The notes under the pieces were generated by a model. The model was not told the DNA's origin, made no database searches, and worked only from the letters and a program-made list of their open reading frames with translations. Of a DNA stretch of 64,000 bases, positions 35,846 through 49,750 are shown in pieces. Each line of letters starts with the position of its first letter. The first letter of the stretch is position 1. The stretch is from assembly GCA_050273025.1 (NCBI GenBank), contig CP158635.1, forward strand, positions 25,358,001 through 25,422,000, in the 5' to 3' direction. Source of the DNA: Cenococcum geophilum (Eukaryota). The position numbers and the translations under genes are program-made.

Positions 35846-38800
35846 TTACCGCCTAGTATAAGCCTATTTCCTTAATTATACATTAACCTATACCCTATTT
35901 ATTCGCTTAAAGTCTTTATTATATATAGTATTATATATATCCTAATTACTATAGTTATTTATAAAGAAATAGTCTATAACGTTAATGTTTATTAGTATAA
36001 GTAAGATAGGCCTTATAATATAGTTAACATTATATATCTAGAGGGTATCTAGTATACGTTTCGTCTTACTATTAGATAGCTTTATACTCTACACTCTAAG
36101 TATTCTAGTTCTTATATTAATTTTACTACTATTATAAACTTAGAGGGTCTCTACTAACGCACCGGCGTATTTTAGGTATTTACCCTTACTATCTAATTAC
36201 TTAGTATCCTAGATTATAAGTAGCAGATAAAGCCTCCCTACTTTATTACTATAGAGGCTATTATTTACCTACTTATATTTTTATACTATTATAGCATTAT
36301 AGTAGGGGGCTTTAGTATTAGCCTATAACGGGGTATACTAAGTAAATACCTTATTAAGCTTATTAGTCTTAGTAGCGTCCTTCCTAAAGCGAATATAGTA
36401 TATAACGCTATAATAGATACTTAAGGGTATCTTTAATACCTAATCGTTATCGGCCTCTAGTTAGTTAACGTCCTAGTCTATTTACTAGATTCTATTAATC
36501 TACTTATAGTATTCCCTTATAAAGGGAGCTAGTTTAGATATAAGGTTAGTAATCTCTATCTAGCGCTATACCTCCTTAACTATATACTAGATAGATATAT
36601 TAATTCTCTAGTCTTAAAGTGTCTAAGTTATATAGTTGTCGAAGTTCTATATATATAAGCGATGTATATATATATTAACTATAGAGCCTAGTTATATTAT
36701 CTATATTACGCTTATTAGGTCTGCTATATTAATTATATTAGTTAACACCTATAGCTTAAGTTTGTTCTAAAGTATAGTGTTAAGATATATAGTATTATAT
36801 CGTAGCATCTACTCTTTATAGTTGTTCTGTTTATTAGTCCTATAGTAAAATACCTTCTATAGCTTATATGCTTACTTTAAATACTCTATATCTATACCTC
36901 TAATTACTCCTAGTTACTAGATAACCTCTAGATAGTAGGTAATAGTATATAGCTTAGGAATATTAAAGTATAGTAGTCCTACCTTGCTTAGTTAAAACAG
37001 AAGGAATATATCCTTTATCTTATCTATTCTATAAATAGCTACTACTAGGTACTAGATAGTTAATTTGTTATATAATATATATTAAGATAGTATAGTAAAG
37101 TCTATAAACGCCCGGATAAATAGTATAGCGCCTTTATTCTATTTTAGTAAGGGTACTATAGTAGGGACTAATTATTATAATAGAGATTTATATATCTTTC
37201 CTATCTATTAGCCGATATTTACCTAGCTATCCTATACTATTATATTAGTAAATTATTCCACCTATATAAAGCGGGTAGTAATAAGTATATTAATATTTAA
37301 TATCTTCTAGCTATAACTATCTATGCATAGGATATTAAGGCCCTAATATTTTCCGGCCTATATTTCGCTTTATATAAGCCCCTTAATTTAGTATATAAGG
37401 TGTTTACTAGTAAGGCCTTTAAGTACCTAGTATAGGAAATTAGGCGCTATTATCTTATAGATATTAGATAGATTATAGCCCTATATAAAGTTGCGGAACG
37501 GCTAAATATAATCTAAGTTATCCTTCTTATTAGTATTGCAACCTTCCTACTGTTACGGCACTGGCAGAACCTGGCAGAACTTAGCAGAACTTCGCGGTCA
37601 CGTGACTAGAAGACCGCATAAAAAGAACCCTACTTTAACCAGCGCTGCTCTTCTTCTCCTTTTCTTTCTCTAGCTTTAGATCCTCGTTTATAGACTACCA
37701 ATCGTACAGGCTTGCGCGTCCCTCTTGCCGTGCTTGTGCCTTAATTAACTGAGTCGCTAATATTATCTAAAGCTTAACTACCCTTTCTTCCTAAGAAGGA
37801 ACTTAAATATATCTACGGACCATAAACTAGAATAGAATATAGAATTAGACCTAAAGAATATTACTAGAACTAGAAGAACAGAAAAGAATAACAAGACCTA
37901 TAAAATACGCACAGACCAGAACCCCTGCAGAATCCTACCGGAGGTTACCCTAATAACTGTACCACGATGCTAAGAAATACAGCAGCCGGCAAAGTAGCCG
38001 CAGGACCCTTAAATACCTCCGATAGTAAAACAGCAACTGACTTAAACTCCTAAGTGGAGCTCGTAGCAGCCAATGCCGAAATTAAACGACTTTAAGAGCT
38101 GCTTAAAGCCAGAGAACCCCCTACGCCTAGCAAGGAATCATCAGACACCTAAAGACTTACTACGGTCCTTAAGGCTCTAGCCTAACGTATAGCATTAGCA
38201 TTGTCGCGGTCCGTAAAGGTCGCGGACCCCCTATTACTTACAGACGGAACCAACCCTATATTTAATAATTAAAAGCTTTAATTACAGGATAAGCTCAAAG
38301 TCAATACGGACCACTTCCCTACCACTTAGGCTAAAATGGCCTACGTCTTCGGCCGTACCGGCGGGGACGCACAGACGCACCTATGTCCGCGGTACGCATA
38401 GGACTTAGTAGAGCCCTTCCTCTCTAAAGAAGAGATAATCGTCTACCTGTCTTTTATTTATAAGGACCCCTTTAAAGTATAAAACGCCTAACTTAATTAT
38501 AAAAGCCTAAACATGAAAACAATAGAGACCTTCTCGGCCTTTTAGACCCGCTTTTTGCACCTAGCCAGCTAGGCTTAAATTCCCCAAGAAGATCTAATGC
38601 CAGACCTATTTAATAAGCTTACCCTAGACCTATAGCGAGCTATACTGCCAGTTTTTACTACTATATAGACGCTAAAGGAACTTATAGACTAGTGCTTGGC
38701 TATTAACTAAGGCCTCCGCCAAATTAAGGCATACGCCGAACGGTATAAAGCCAAAAACCCTTTAAATTAGATTATAAGCAATACAAGAACGGCCCGCAAT

Positions 38801-41800
38801 GCCCTAGCACGATCGGTAACCCCCACAGCACTACCTATACAGCCCACCGCCAATTTAGCAGCTAGCCGTGCGGCTAGCCCTGCTATAGATCCGGCGAATG
38901 CTCGGCCTATGTACAGCAACCCCCATATATAGGCCCTTAGTAATTAAGGAGCTTACTTCTCTTATAGACAGAAAGGTTACCGTATAAGGGATTGCCTAAT
39001 AAACGCGAAAGCGGACGAGGTTCTATTAATCTAGAAGGATAACGCGGAGTTGGAAAAAGAGGAACCCTAGAGGAAGACTCCTCTCTAGGGTTAAAAGGGA
39101 TTGATATGTTAGATGTTAATCTAGGTCGGCTAGTTAGTAGAAAAAGCTGCACTATTCCTTATACTTTATTCCGTAATAGATACTAAGTTTTAACCTCTAC
39201 TTTAGCTGACTCTAGAGTAAATGCCTTCGCCTTAATAGACACCCAGTATGCCGTAAAGCTGGCTGACTTTCTAAATGCACCTATTAAAGAACTGCCTAAA
39301 CCAATTCCTATCCGCGGGTACAATAGGCGGATAGGACCACCTATTATAACTATCTTGCGGATTTACCTCCATGTTAACGGACAAAGGTAGTATAACGCCC
39401 CCTTCCTTATTACGGATCTAGGTAGCTACAATATAATCTTAGGGCGAAAATGGCTAGCCTATTTAGGCTTATAGCTCAATATACAGAGTAGACGGCTTAC
39501 CTAGCCCGAAACCCTACCCCTAACCCCTTCCTTTATAAAAGAAATCAGCATTATAATAGAAAACCTCGTACGGCCCTAGATTAATACTATTTATTAGGCC
39601 GATGCTATACATAGGGACTAGGCCTTTAAGAAAGATATACAGCTTAATTTGCAACGGATCCGTATACTACGTCGCCCCTAGACTACCCATATTACGCCAC
39701 CCGCATTAAAGACCTAGGAAGTTAGTAGTGACCTAGAAAAGCCCCCTATAGAGAGCTTAGGCCCTATATAGCTACAAAGAACAGCAAGGGACGTCAGACG
39801 TTATACTAAACTAATAGATTAGAGGGATAACCTATAGAAGATAGAATAGGAGCTAAGAAAGATTATAAACCCTAGACCGCAAAATATGGTCCGGAAAATG
39901 GCTATAAGGAAACCAGCGGACCTCCCACCAGTTAATATCTGCTATATTAGTGCCGTAGGATTCTACCAGAACTTAGTTCAGCCTAATACCGTTACCTTTA
40001 CGATAAGCTTATACAAAATTAATTAAATAATTAAGGAAAAGGGAAATAAGCTTAGCGGATAAGAAAGCGAGCTTATAGATAAGGAACTAGTAGAATAAAA
40101 GCTACCCTATTAACACCAGAAATTCAAGGACATATTCTCCAAAGCAGTGTCCAATATACTTCCACCTCACCGACCGTATGACTACAAGATTAAAATTAAG
40201 CAGGGTAAAGAAAACACCCTTAGCTTTAGCCCCCTTTATAAGCAGTCCATTACCAAATTATAGGCCACAAAGTAGTATCTCATCAATAACCTAAATAAGG
40301 GCTTTATTAAGCCTAGCTAAGCCCCTTTCGCCTCGCCTATTCTCTTTATCAAAAAGCCAAATAGAGGACTCCGCTTCTATATTAACTACTATAAGCTAAA
40401 TAATATAACCCGTAAGGATCGCTATCCACTGCCCCTACTTAATAAGACTCTAGCCTAAATAAGTAGAGCTAAGGTCTTTATAAAGCTTAATATCCGCCAG
40501 GCCTTCTACCAAATTAGGATAAACCCTAAGTCTAAAGATTTTACTACATTTTAGACCCGTTACGGAACGTATAAATATAAAGTGCTCCCTTTTAGACTAA
40601 CCAACGGACCAGCTACGTACTAGCGGTACATAAATAATATACTCTTTAACTACCTTAACAATTTCTATACGGCCTATTTAGATAATATTATAATCTACTT
40701 TAAGAACGAGCTAGAATACGAGGAGCACGTCTATAAAGTCCTACAACGGCTCCGCGAGGCTGGCCTCTAGGTCAACATTAAGAAGTTAAAGTTCAGTGTT
40801 AAGCGTACAAAGTACCTAGGTTTTATTATCAGTATAGACGGAATTAAAACCAACCCAGAGAAAACGGCCGCAATTAACCAGTGGGCACCCCTACAGACCG
40901 TAAAGGGGGTACAATCCTTTTTAGGGTTTTGTAACTTCTACCAACGCTTTATTAAGAACTATAGCAGGATTACCTGGCCTCTTAACCGTCTTATTAGAAA
41001 AGACCAGCCCTTCCACTTTAACGCTATATATAGGCAGGCCTTTAATAAGCTTAAGAAACGGCTGGTATTGGCTCCCCTACTTGCCTATTTTAACCCAGAA
41101 CGGCCCTTAATACTAGAAACTGATGCCTTAGACGGCGTAATAGCTAGTGTTTTTTCCCAGAAGCAACCGGACAGAGAGTGGCACCCTATTATATACTATT
41201 TAAAGACTATAATAGATGCCGAGCTAAATTACTACATCTATAACAAAGAAATGCTGGCTATTATCTCTAGCTTTTAGCACTGGCGTATATAGCTAAAGGG
41301 GACCCCTAAGCCGATTAAGGTAGTTTTAAATCATAAGGCCCTAGAATACTTTATAACAACTAAGGCCCTTACGGCCCAACAGGCACGCTAGGCGGATACC
41401 CTATCTTAGTTTAACTTCTTAATTATGTATAGACTAGGCGCTACGAACCATGCGGACACTCTTATAAGGCGTAAGTAAGACCTAAATAACTAGATAGCTG
41501 TGAAGATCTTACTATAGACCTAGACGCTACTATAACTAGAACACCTTAACCCCTAGATACGGGCAGAACTAAGCACGGACTCCTTAGGCGCCGAGATATG
41601 TCCTATTAACTCCTCTAAACTTAACCTTATTAATAAACTACTATAGGCTAACCGAATAACCCCCTCTCTATAGGAATACCATGAAAAGGCAAAGAACGTT
41701 GCCAGCCTATAGTCCCTTAAAAACGGACTACTTAAGCACTAGGAACGGCTAGTAGTAGCTAAGGAACAGAACTTACGGACCCGGCTTATTGCTAAAGCTT

Positions 41801-44500
41801 ATGCCTAGGTCTCTACGGCCCACCCTAGAAAAAATAAGACCCGTAAGATTATTGGTGACCGCTACTACTGGCCCGAAATAATTATAGATATTGACCGTTA
41901 TATACGGAACTGCGACAGCTGCCGTAGATCTACAATTCCACGAGATAAGACCCCAGGACTATTAAAACCTCTCCCAATACCTAACCGCCCCTAGCAGTAT
42001 ATCTCTATAGACTTCCATAAGCTACTAACAGACCGCGACGGATATGATATGGTTATAATTCTAGTTAACCGCTTTGGCAAGCGCCCGTTCTTAATTCCCT
42101 GTTATAAAAATATTAATGCTAAGGAGGCGGCCCGACTATATATCTACTACGTCTACCGCATTTACGGACTACTAGATACTATTATATCCAATTACAGCCC
42201 GCAATTTATATCGGCCTTTTGGAACAAGTTTACCCGGATCCTAAGTATTAGGCTAAAGCTCTTTATAGTATACTACCCCCAGACAGACGGCCAGACGGAG
42301 ATTGTAAATCAATATTTAGATCAGAGACTCCGGCCTTTTGTTAACTACTTCTAGGACAACTAGGGCGAACTACTACCCCTAATAGACTACGCCCAGGCGA
42401 CCCTACCCTATAACTTTATGGGATTTGCACCTATCTAACTAGAAATGGGGTATTTACCCTAAATAAGCTTTAACTGGGATAGACCAGAAGGACCATGGAC
42501 CGTACGCGAGAAACTGTCTTATAAGGAAGCCTAGCAGTATACCAAGCGCTTAGAGGAAGCCTGGACGGTAGCCTGTATAAATCTAGAAAAGGCCTAAAAA
42601 TTAATAGAATAGCAGGCAAATAAGTATAGGCGCGAACCCGACTTTACCGTAGGCGATATAGTCTGGGTTATAATAAAGAACTGGAAGACGGAACGGCCTA
42701 GCCATAAGCTAGACTATCAGATAGCGGGACCGTATAAGGTCCTTAAGAAGATAGGTAACTCGTATAAAATAAAGCTCCCGGATTTAATTAAGGTTTACCC
42801 CGTTTTCTCGCCGGATAAGCTATAGAAAGCTGCGAACAACCTATTACCTGGACAAAAGAACGAACCTCCCCTACTAATTTAAGTTAATAGCGACAACAAA
42901 TAGGAAATTAAAGAAGTACTAGCCTATAAACTAGTAAGGAAAACGCTAAAGTACCGCGTTAGTTGGAAAGGCTATAACCCAGATCCTACCTAGTACCCTG
43001 TATAGAACTTTATTAGTAGTCCCTATAAGCTTTAAGAATTCTATAACCGCTACCCTAATAAACCAGGACCCCTAAAGTACCTAGACAAGTAGATAGAGTG
43101 CTAGTATAGCGAAGACGACAAGCTACCAGAAGAACATAAAGATAAGAACGCCCTATAAGCATAATACGGACTATAAAGCCTAAGGGCAGGCTTTTATGGA
43201 GGGGGGGGTAATATTACGGCACTGGCAGAACCTAGCAGAACTTGGCAGAACTTCACGGTCACATGACTAGAAGACCGCATAAAAAGAACCCTACTTCAAC
43301 CAGCGCTACTCTTCTTCTCCTTTCCTTTCTCTAGCTTTAGATCCTCATTTATAGACTACCAATTGTACAGGCTTGCGCGTCCCTCTTACCGTGCTCGTGC
43401 CTCGATTGACTGAGTCGCTAACACCTACTATATTTATATTTAGTCTTTTATTAATTAGTATATATAGAACGGCTACGGTCGCTAAATAGCAGTTATTAGA
43501 TTATACCGTTTATTTATATATATATATATTAAGTTAAATATTTATATCCACTCTTAATACCTATAAGCGTAACCTATTTTTTATAATTAGCTATAAATAT
43601 AGCTAGAAGTAGAAAGTAGTATTAATCCTAGCTATTCGCGTATAGGAGACGTATTCTTTCTTTACTAGCTTTCTCTAATACTATAGGCATTATTAGTATA
43701 ACCGTACTAGTAGTAGGGTTATTACTAAAGTATATGTTTAAGGATAGCCGTAAGGGTCTTATATTATACCGCTAGTTATATTATTTAGTTACTAGGTATA
43801 TAGACCGGGAGGTATATAAGTAGTAATAGGGCTAGTTAATTTACAGATTGTTAAATATATAGTTTAATATTTCTAATTAAAATATAGAGCGGCTATACTT
43901 TCTTACCGCCGGCGTATTATATTAGTTGGGTCTTATTACTAGCTAATATAATTAGCACTACAGTTACGCTAAGCGGTAGCTGCTCTTATATCTCCTACTA
44001 CTAGTCTACTATATTAAGCTTATTATATATTCTTATTCCTACTAATAAGTACTACCTTATTAGTAAGAAAGTTATATCTCCTTAGAAAGGGCTATAACTA
44101 ATAAGGAAGGATATAATCTCTAGAGCATTTCGGTAACGTACTAGTAGCTACTAGTCCCCTATAGTAATAATTATTTTAATCTACTATAGTTGCTTACTCT
44201 TAGATTATATCTATTTTAAAAGTAGTTTTACTTTAATATCTTTAGTACTCTAGTAAGAAAAATAGTTAGCAAATATTCCCTAAAGCCTAATATTATTAAA
44301 CTACTTATTAATAGCGCGGTTAAAAGTCCTACAGCTTACCTACTATAAGACCTATATATATTCTGCCTTACTACTAAATAGATAAAATAGGGGAGGTGTC
44401 TTATCTGGTGTACTACTAGTACGTTTAATACGCGGTATAATGCCGTATACTACCGTCTATAGTTTGCGGATTTCCTTAGTTCTGTCCTAGAGGCTTTCCT
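35846..44500 (-). pseudogene. RIPed Plavaka-type transposase (CACTA/EnSpm-related), split by Gypsy C at 37551-43423
   Basis: De-RIPed ELNTADWWWEMQEQLPLGATVVPIMLASDKTQLTQHAGGKKAWPLYISIGNI (~43870-44020), ADYKEQVTLTGIK (~43555-43595), HFNIPKLHAITHYP..IR..G....DTE.SE.AHK...FYHRTNK...QM (~36800-36975), FVNNYSDWDTYNTIYDEDF (~35910-35970). Confidence 0.85.
37551..43423 (+). mobile_element. Ty3/Gypsy chromovirus C, full length, RIPed
   Basis: 212-bp LTRs 37551-37762 and 43212-43423; TSD CCTAC; gag from ~37966, protease ADSG, RT AYLD(D)I, RNase H LETDALDG, integrase PQTDGQTE, chromodomain ~42890-43080, G-rich PPT at 43198-43211; PBS ATCTAAAGCT complementary to LTR AGCTTTAGAT. Confidence 0.95.
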
Positions 44501-45489
44501 ATAGCGCGGCTAGTGGCCTCTTTAAACATTTTAGTCTAAAAGACGTCTATAGATGTTCTAGTTAAAGTCTACTAATTAGTCTTAACTATCGCTAGGTTAT
44601 GCACCTTATTAAATATTATAGAATTATTATTATAGTATATATCCGCGGCCCTATTATTTAGCTTATTAATAATATTATCGCCTAGAGCTTATATAGGTGG
44701 CTACTTATTATCTTACTCCGATTTAACCTTATAATTAGTTATATAATACCCTTTTAAGGTTTAATAGCATAATAGTATATCGTCGTCTATATATTATATA
44801 AGTGGCCACTTATTATATTGCTCTAGCTTAGCCCTATAATAGGCTATCTAATACTCTTTTAAGCTTTAATGGCGTAAGGGTGTATTATTATTTATCTCTT
44901 TAATATTAACGGCCTTATATCTACCCTTCTTCCGTTTCTATTATCTTAGATAATATTATTTATAATAGCTTAGACCGCCTATGCTTTTTACTTTAGTCCT
45001 ATACTTTCCACATTACTGCTAGATAGAGCTTATTTATAAATTACCGCATTAAGCTGTAATTTGCTATAGTTTAGTTAGAAGGGGGCTAAAAATAATATCT
45101 ATGTAGAACCGTATATTTAAAGTAGTGTTTATAGCTTATACTATATTATAAGCTAGTTAAGATAGGAGGAGTATAGTAAGAGCACGGCGATGTCTGTGGA
45201 TACTAACGCGCTAAATAGCGTAACCTGTTGTATTTTACGCTAATTTATACTAGATCGCGTTATATTAGGCTAAGAGGCTCTACTTATTACTAACGTTATA
45301 CCGCCTCTATATTATACTAGGCAGAGGATTCTAAATACTACTATTCCCTACTTAGGATACTAGACTATTTTTTATAATAGGACGCGATATATAATAGTAG
45401 TATACCGTAAATACGGTATAGTATAACTCTATAAGTGCTATAGACCCGCAAAAAGATATATAGCTTATTACTGGCTTAGGTATTACTAT

Positions 45490-46410
45490 AGAGAGACTTA
45501 ATACTATTAAGCGGACTTTTAAGCAGGTTATTATTAAGGACGGTATCCTATACGTTTTATTTTATAAATAACTAAATAATTTACTACGCAAGTAGGCGAT
45601 CTAGAAAGTTATCTATTAGGTAGTAGAATGCGAGAAGGCACTAGCGCTATAGGTATATAAGGCCATATAGAATATACTAGTCCATGTATAGTTAAATATA
45701 TATAAGAAGATAAAGGTGCTAGGGCGGCCTAGTATTAACTATATAGTAGATACGGAAAGGGGGCATATAGCTACTGTAAACTCGTAGAGTTTATCCTAGC
45801 TTAACTATATGCAGAACTATAGCTATAATCTTAAACAACTTATTATACTACTTTATAGGTAGAAACTAAATAGTACGAACTTAGTCCTAAGTATAGACGT
45901 GGCTTTAAGTCTAGTGTTGCTATCTAATACGCCTTAAGGCCTATATATAGTTAAATATTAGCTACTAGTTAAGATATTTTTAGAGGCTGGGGTAGATTAT
46001 AATAAGGAGTAGATATAGGCCGCCTATATAGAGACTATACCTATCTAAAATAATAGGGCCTTAAGGGCTGCTCTATTAAGGGCAGTTTATTATAGGGTAG
46101 GCTAGGTTATATTTACCGCTATCTATAGAGATAGTATATAGGTATCCGTTATAATTGTAATATATTGCTAACGTTTATCTAGCCCTATCTCTAGCGTAAT
46201 ACGTTTTACTAGGTGGGCTAGAAGGTATTAATTAATTATAGTTAATCTAATCTACGTGGAGATAGTAACTTTAGTTAAGTTTGCCTTATAGTAAGACCTC
46301 CTATTATACTAGGAAGCCCTAAGATTATTACCTATATATATAATCTTAGGTTATCTAGACGTAGTATAGCGAATCGCCTTTACTATAGGCTCCTCTATTA
46401 GGGGCAACTA
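45490..46410 (+). pseudogene. RIPed ORF of unknown function
   Basis: One frame stays protein-like for ~300 codons with stops only TAA/TAG (RIP-revertible): MERLDTIERTFEQAIIKDGILYV...; no family recognised. Confidence 0.4.
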
Positions 46411-46412
46411 TA

Positions 46413-46836
46413 ACATACTTTATAAGCGAGTCGCGAATACAAGCGAGTCGCGAATCCCAAAACTTACTAAAAATTAGAAAAATCGCACCTTAATATCTTA
46501 ACAACCACTTAATAATAAATTCTAAAAAATTAGATTTAGGCTTTTATATATACTTTAGAGCTTCTATTAAAGTTATATAGTAAATAGTTTAGTAGTTTTT
46601 AAGATATAGCGATTTGGGGGCCAAACCGGGGCCAAATTGCTCTATCTTAAAAACTACTGAACTATTTACTATATAACTTTAATAAAAGCTCTAAAGTATA
46701 TATAAAAGCCTAAATCTAATTTTTTAGAATTTATTATTAAGTGGTTGTTAAGATATTAAGGTGCGATTTTTCTAATTTTTGGTGAGTTTTGGGATTCGCG
46801 ACTCGCTTGTATTCGCGACTTACTTGTAAAGTACGT
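46413..46836. mobile_element. Foldback MITE, pogo/Fot1 (Tc1-mariner) type
   Basis: Near-perfect ~205-bp inverted arms, AC(G)TAC...GTACGT ends with duplicated AAGCGAGTCGCGAAT motif, TA TSD. Confidence 0.88.
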
Positions 46837-47258
46837 TATAGATATTACATTTGTCCTATATTTTACTAGCTAGTAGCTAGTATAGTAGGATAGGTATTAT
46901 TCTAAAGACCTATAGCCTTAGCGATAAGTTTCTTAAGATATAGTAAGAGCGTACTAATACTAGGAATAGTATAGCCTAGGTTAGGAAACCACCTAATATA
47001 AGCAGGAGAGGGCGTTCGGTTATATTACCTTAGTAGTAGCTATAGTAAGAAAAGGATTAGATCCTATTTAGGGTTGTTATAGTTTAGTAAAAATAGAGGC
47101 GGCCTATACTATACGGAGAGTAATTAATAATAGTTGTGGTTATTAGCTAGATATCTAGACTATAATCTAACTAGTTAAGTACTTAAAATTAGGATTATAG
47201 ATTAGTATTAATTAGCCGCTAGCCTATAAGGGATAGAAATTAGGATTACTAGGCTTTA

Positions 47259-47697
47259 ACGTATTAGCTACCCAGTCGAGCCAGCTACCTAGTCGAGCTA
47301 CCCCAAAACACACCAAAATCTACCAACTTTAGCCTTTTATAACTCTACCCCTATTATAAACATTTAAATAAAAATTTAAATATAGCTGCTTATATATAAA
47401 AGTATTCTATTTATAATATTTTTTAAAACAGTGTTATATTATTAATTCTATTTATTGCCTAATTTAGTCCCTTTTAGGTCTATAAAGGCTTTTATTAAGT
47501 ATTTATTAGCTTAAATATATAATACTTTTTTAAAAAATATTATAAATAGAATACCTCTATATATGAGCAGCTATATTAAAATTTTTATTTAAATATCTTT
47601 AATAGGGGTGGAGTTATAAAAGGTTAAAGTTGGTAGATTTTGGTATGTTTTGGGTTGGCTCAACCGGGTGGCTGGCTCGACTGGGTGGCTAATACGT
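47259..47697. mobile_element. Foldback MITE, pogo/Fot1 (Tc1-mariner) type, second family
   Basis: ACGTATTAGC..CCCAGTCGAGCCAGC / GCTGGCTCGACTGGGTGGCTAATACGT, long inverted arms, TA TSD. Confidence 0.88.
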
Positions 47698-48099
47698 TAT
47701 AAATCAGGCTGTCTTTACTATAATGCGCTTATCCATTTTAGAGATTATAATTATTAAGAGTCTATCTTATTTAGCTATAATATATAATATTATAATATAC
47801 CGTATTTTACCTAGTACTATAGTAAAATTATAAATATTAAAGGCCTATAGCTACTACTACTCTTAACTTCTATCTAGTGTCCCTATTTAAGGGTCTCGCT
47901 ACTAGTAAAGTCTATAATATCCGTCCTTACTACCCTCCTTATATTCTAACGCCACTAATATCCTCTTTATTATCGTTATCCTTATTATTACCGGCACTGC
48001 CCTAGCTGTTATTATTAGCGCCTTCTCTATTAGCCTTATTCTATACTTTAGTATAATTACTAGTACCACTAATATTTGCTATACCCATAAAGTTAGGGA

Positions 48100-49750
48100 T
48101 AGTAATATTAAAGTTAACGTCTATACTATATAAAATGGGCGTATAATTAGCTATACGCTAGCGGTAGATATACTATATAGTTTTATTAATGTTAAATAGG
48201 GCAATAAGTTACTAGAAGTATTCTTTCCGCTTAGGATTCTTAAGGTTAATGTCACGGCTAGCTTCCCGTGGGAGCGATCTGATAGATTAAGCAACAATAA
48301 GGGGCTATGTATTGAGTAGACTAAGACAAGGAGAAGAAGAAGAGGTATGTACAGGAGGGAGAGTCGTGCTATATACTGTTGGGACGCCAAGCCCTTAGCC
48401 GAACTCCTGACTAAGCCCTATCTAGGTGACGGTAGAACACCAGCCGTCACAGTTAATAAATACCTTATTATCCTTATACTACTTCTTAATTTTATAGTAC
48501 GCGGTATTTATAAAGGTCTTATTACCGGTATAATAATTATAGACTACTTATAGACTACTAATAATAATAAGGCCCGCTTATAGTCTAGTAATTATAAGAA
48601 GGTTCCTCGCCGTGTCTTAGACAAATTTTAGCGGACTAGCAACTATTATATTATATATTAATAACTCTACCTAGCTGCCTTAGATGCTATTAACGGTAAA
48701 GACCTTAATCTTACTAACTACTAGCGTAAATTCCTACTACTTACTACTATCTTGCTAGGTATAGTACTATTCTTTAAGCGTATACAGCGCTATAGAGTAG
48801 ACGGCAAGTTGGGCTGTATACGGAACGGTAAGTCTAACCTCTAATAGCTTGAATCTAAAGTCTATTAGCGCTATAGCCACCTAGAATACGCGTTAAGCGT
48901 AGACTAGGTTATATATTAATTAGCTAAACTTATTTACCTATATAGTACTATTAACGGCAAGGAAGGTAATAGGGTGGTTATAGCGTAGTATATCCTTAAA
49001 AAAGCTTACCGCCAGCTTTAACTACTCTTAGTCCTTAACTATTAGGCTTATCTAAAGCTAGCCATATAGTAGGATAGTATTTATAAGATATATAATATCT
49101 TTAATAAATTAATATTATAGCAAGAACTATACTATATCTATACTAGCCGCAAGGAGATATATATAGAGGGAGATAGATTTCTAATAGTAGAATAGATTAT
49201 TAAAATCGGGATTAAGGATTAGTTTTAGTTAGTATATATTACTAAGGAGAACCTAAGGTATAGGGTTGCTAGCCTAGATCTATAGACCTCCCTAAATTAA
49301 ATATAGTCTACTTTAGGCAAACCTAGCAAGACTACCTAGCTTAGATACCTTCCTAGCCTTATTATAGAAAACTATGTATATAGCGCTAATAGAATATATA
49401 CGGGTCTATAAGACTATATTAGGTATTATAAGAATAATATTAGCCTTCTTAGCTAGGTCTATAATAACTACGTTAGCCATAAGTATTAATCCTAGCTTAT
49501 TATCTTATATTATATTATTACTAAGCGTAAATTAGTATAAGTATTGGCGGAATTCGACGTATTTAGTTATATTAGGGTCTATAATAGGATATAGGTTTCT
49601 ATTACTATCTAGAATACCTATAAGGTATAATAACTACTAACCTTTAGATAAATCTATAACCTATAACCGCTTATTAAAGCTAGTAGTATTACTAGCCTTA
49701 AATATATAGTAGAGTAGGAATACTATATTTAGTATAGACGCGTCCTTATT
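48100..49750 (+). pseudogene. RIPed long ORF of unknown function, split by solo LTR
   Basis: Frame continuous across the solo LTR (EVFFPLRILEV|DEHLVIPTLLPDF...) for several hundred codons with RIP-revertible stops. Confidence 0.4.
48250..48451. repeat. Solo LTR
   Basis: TGTCACGGCT...AGCCGTCACA, 202 bp, 5-bp TSD GTTAA (48245-48249, 48452-48456). Confidence 0.9.

Noticed and set aside
4657..42354. ORF-track entries 4657-4851, 13673-13888, 41068-41277, 42049-42354 as genes
   Set aside because: Stop-free fragments of RIPed RT, RNase H and integrase domains within the Gypsy elements.
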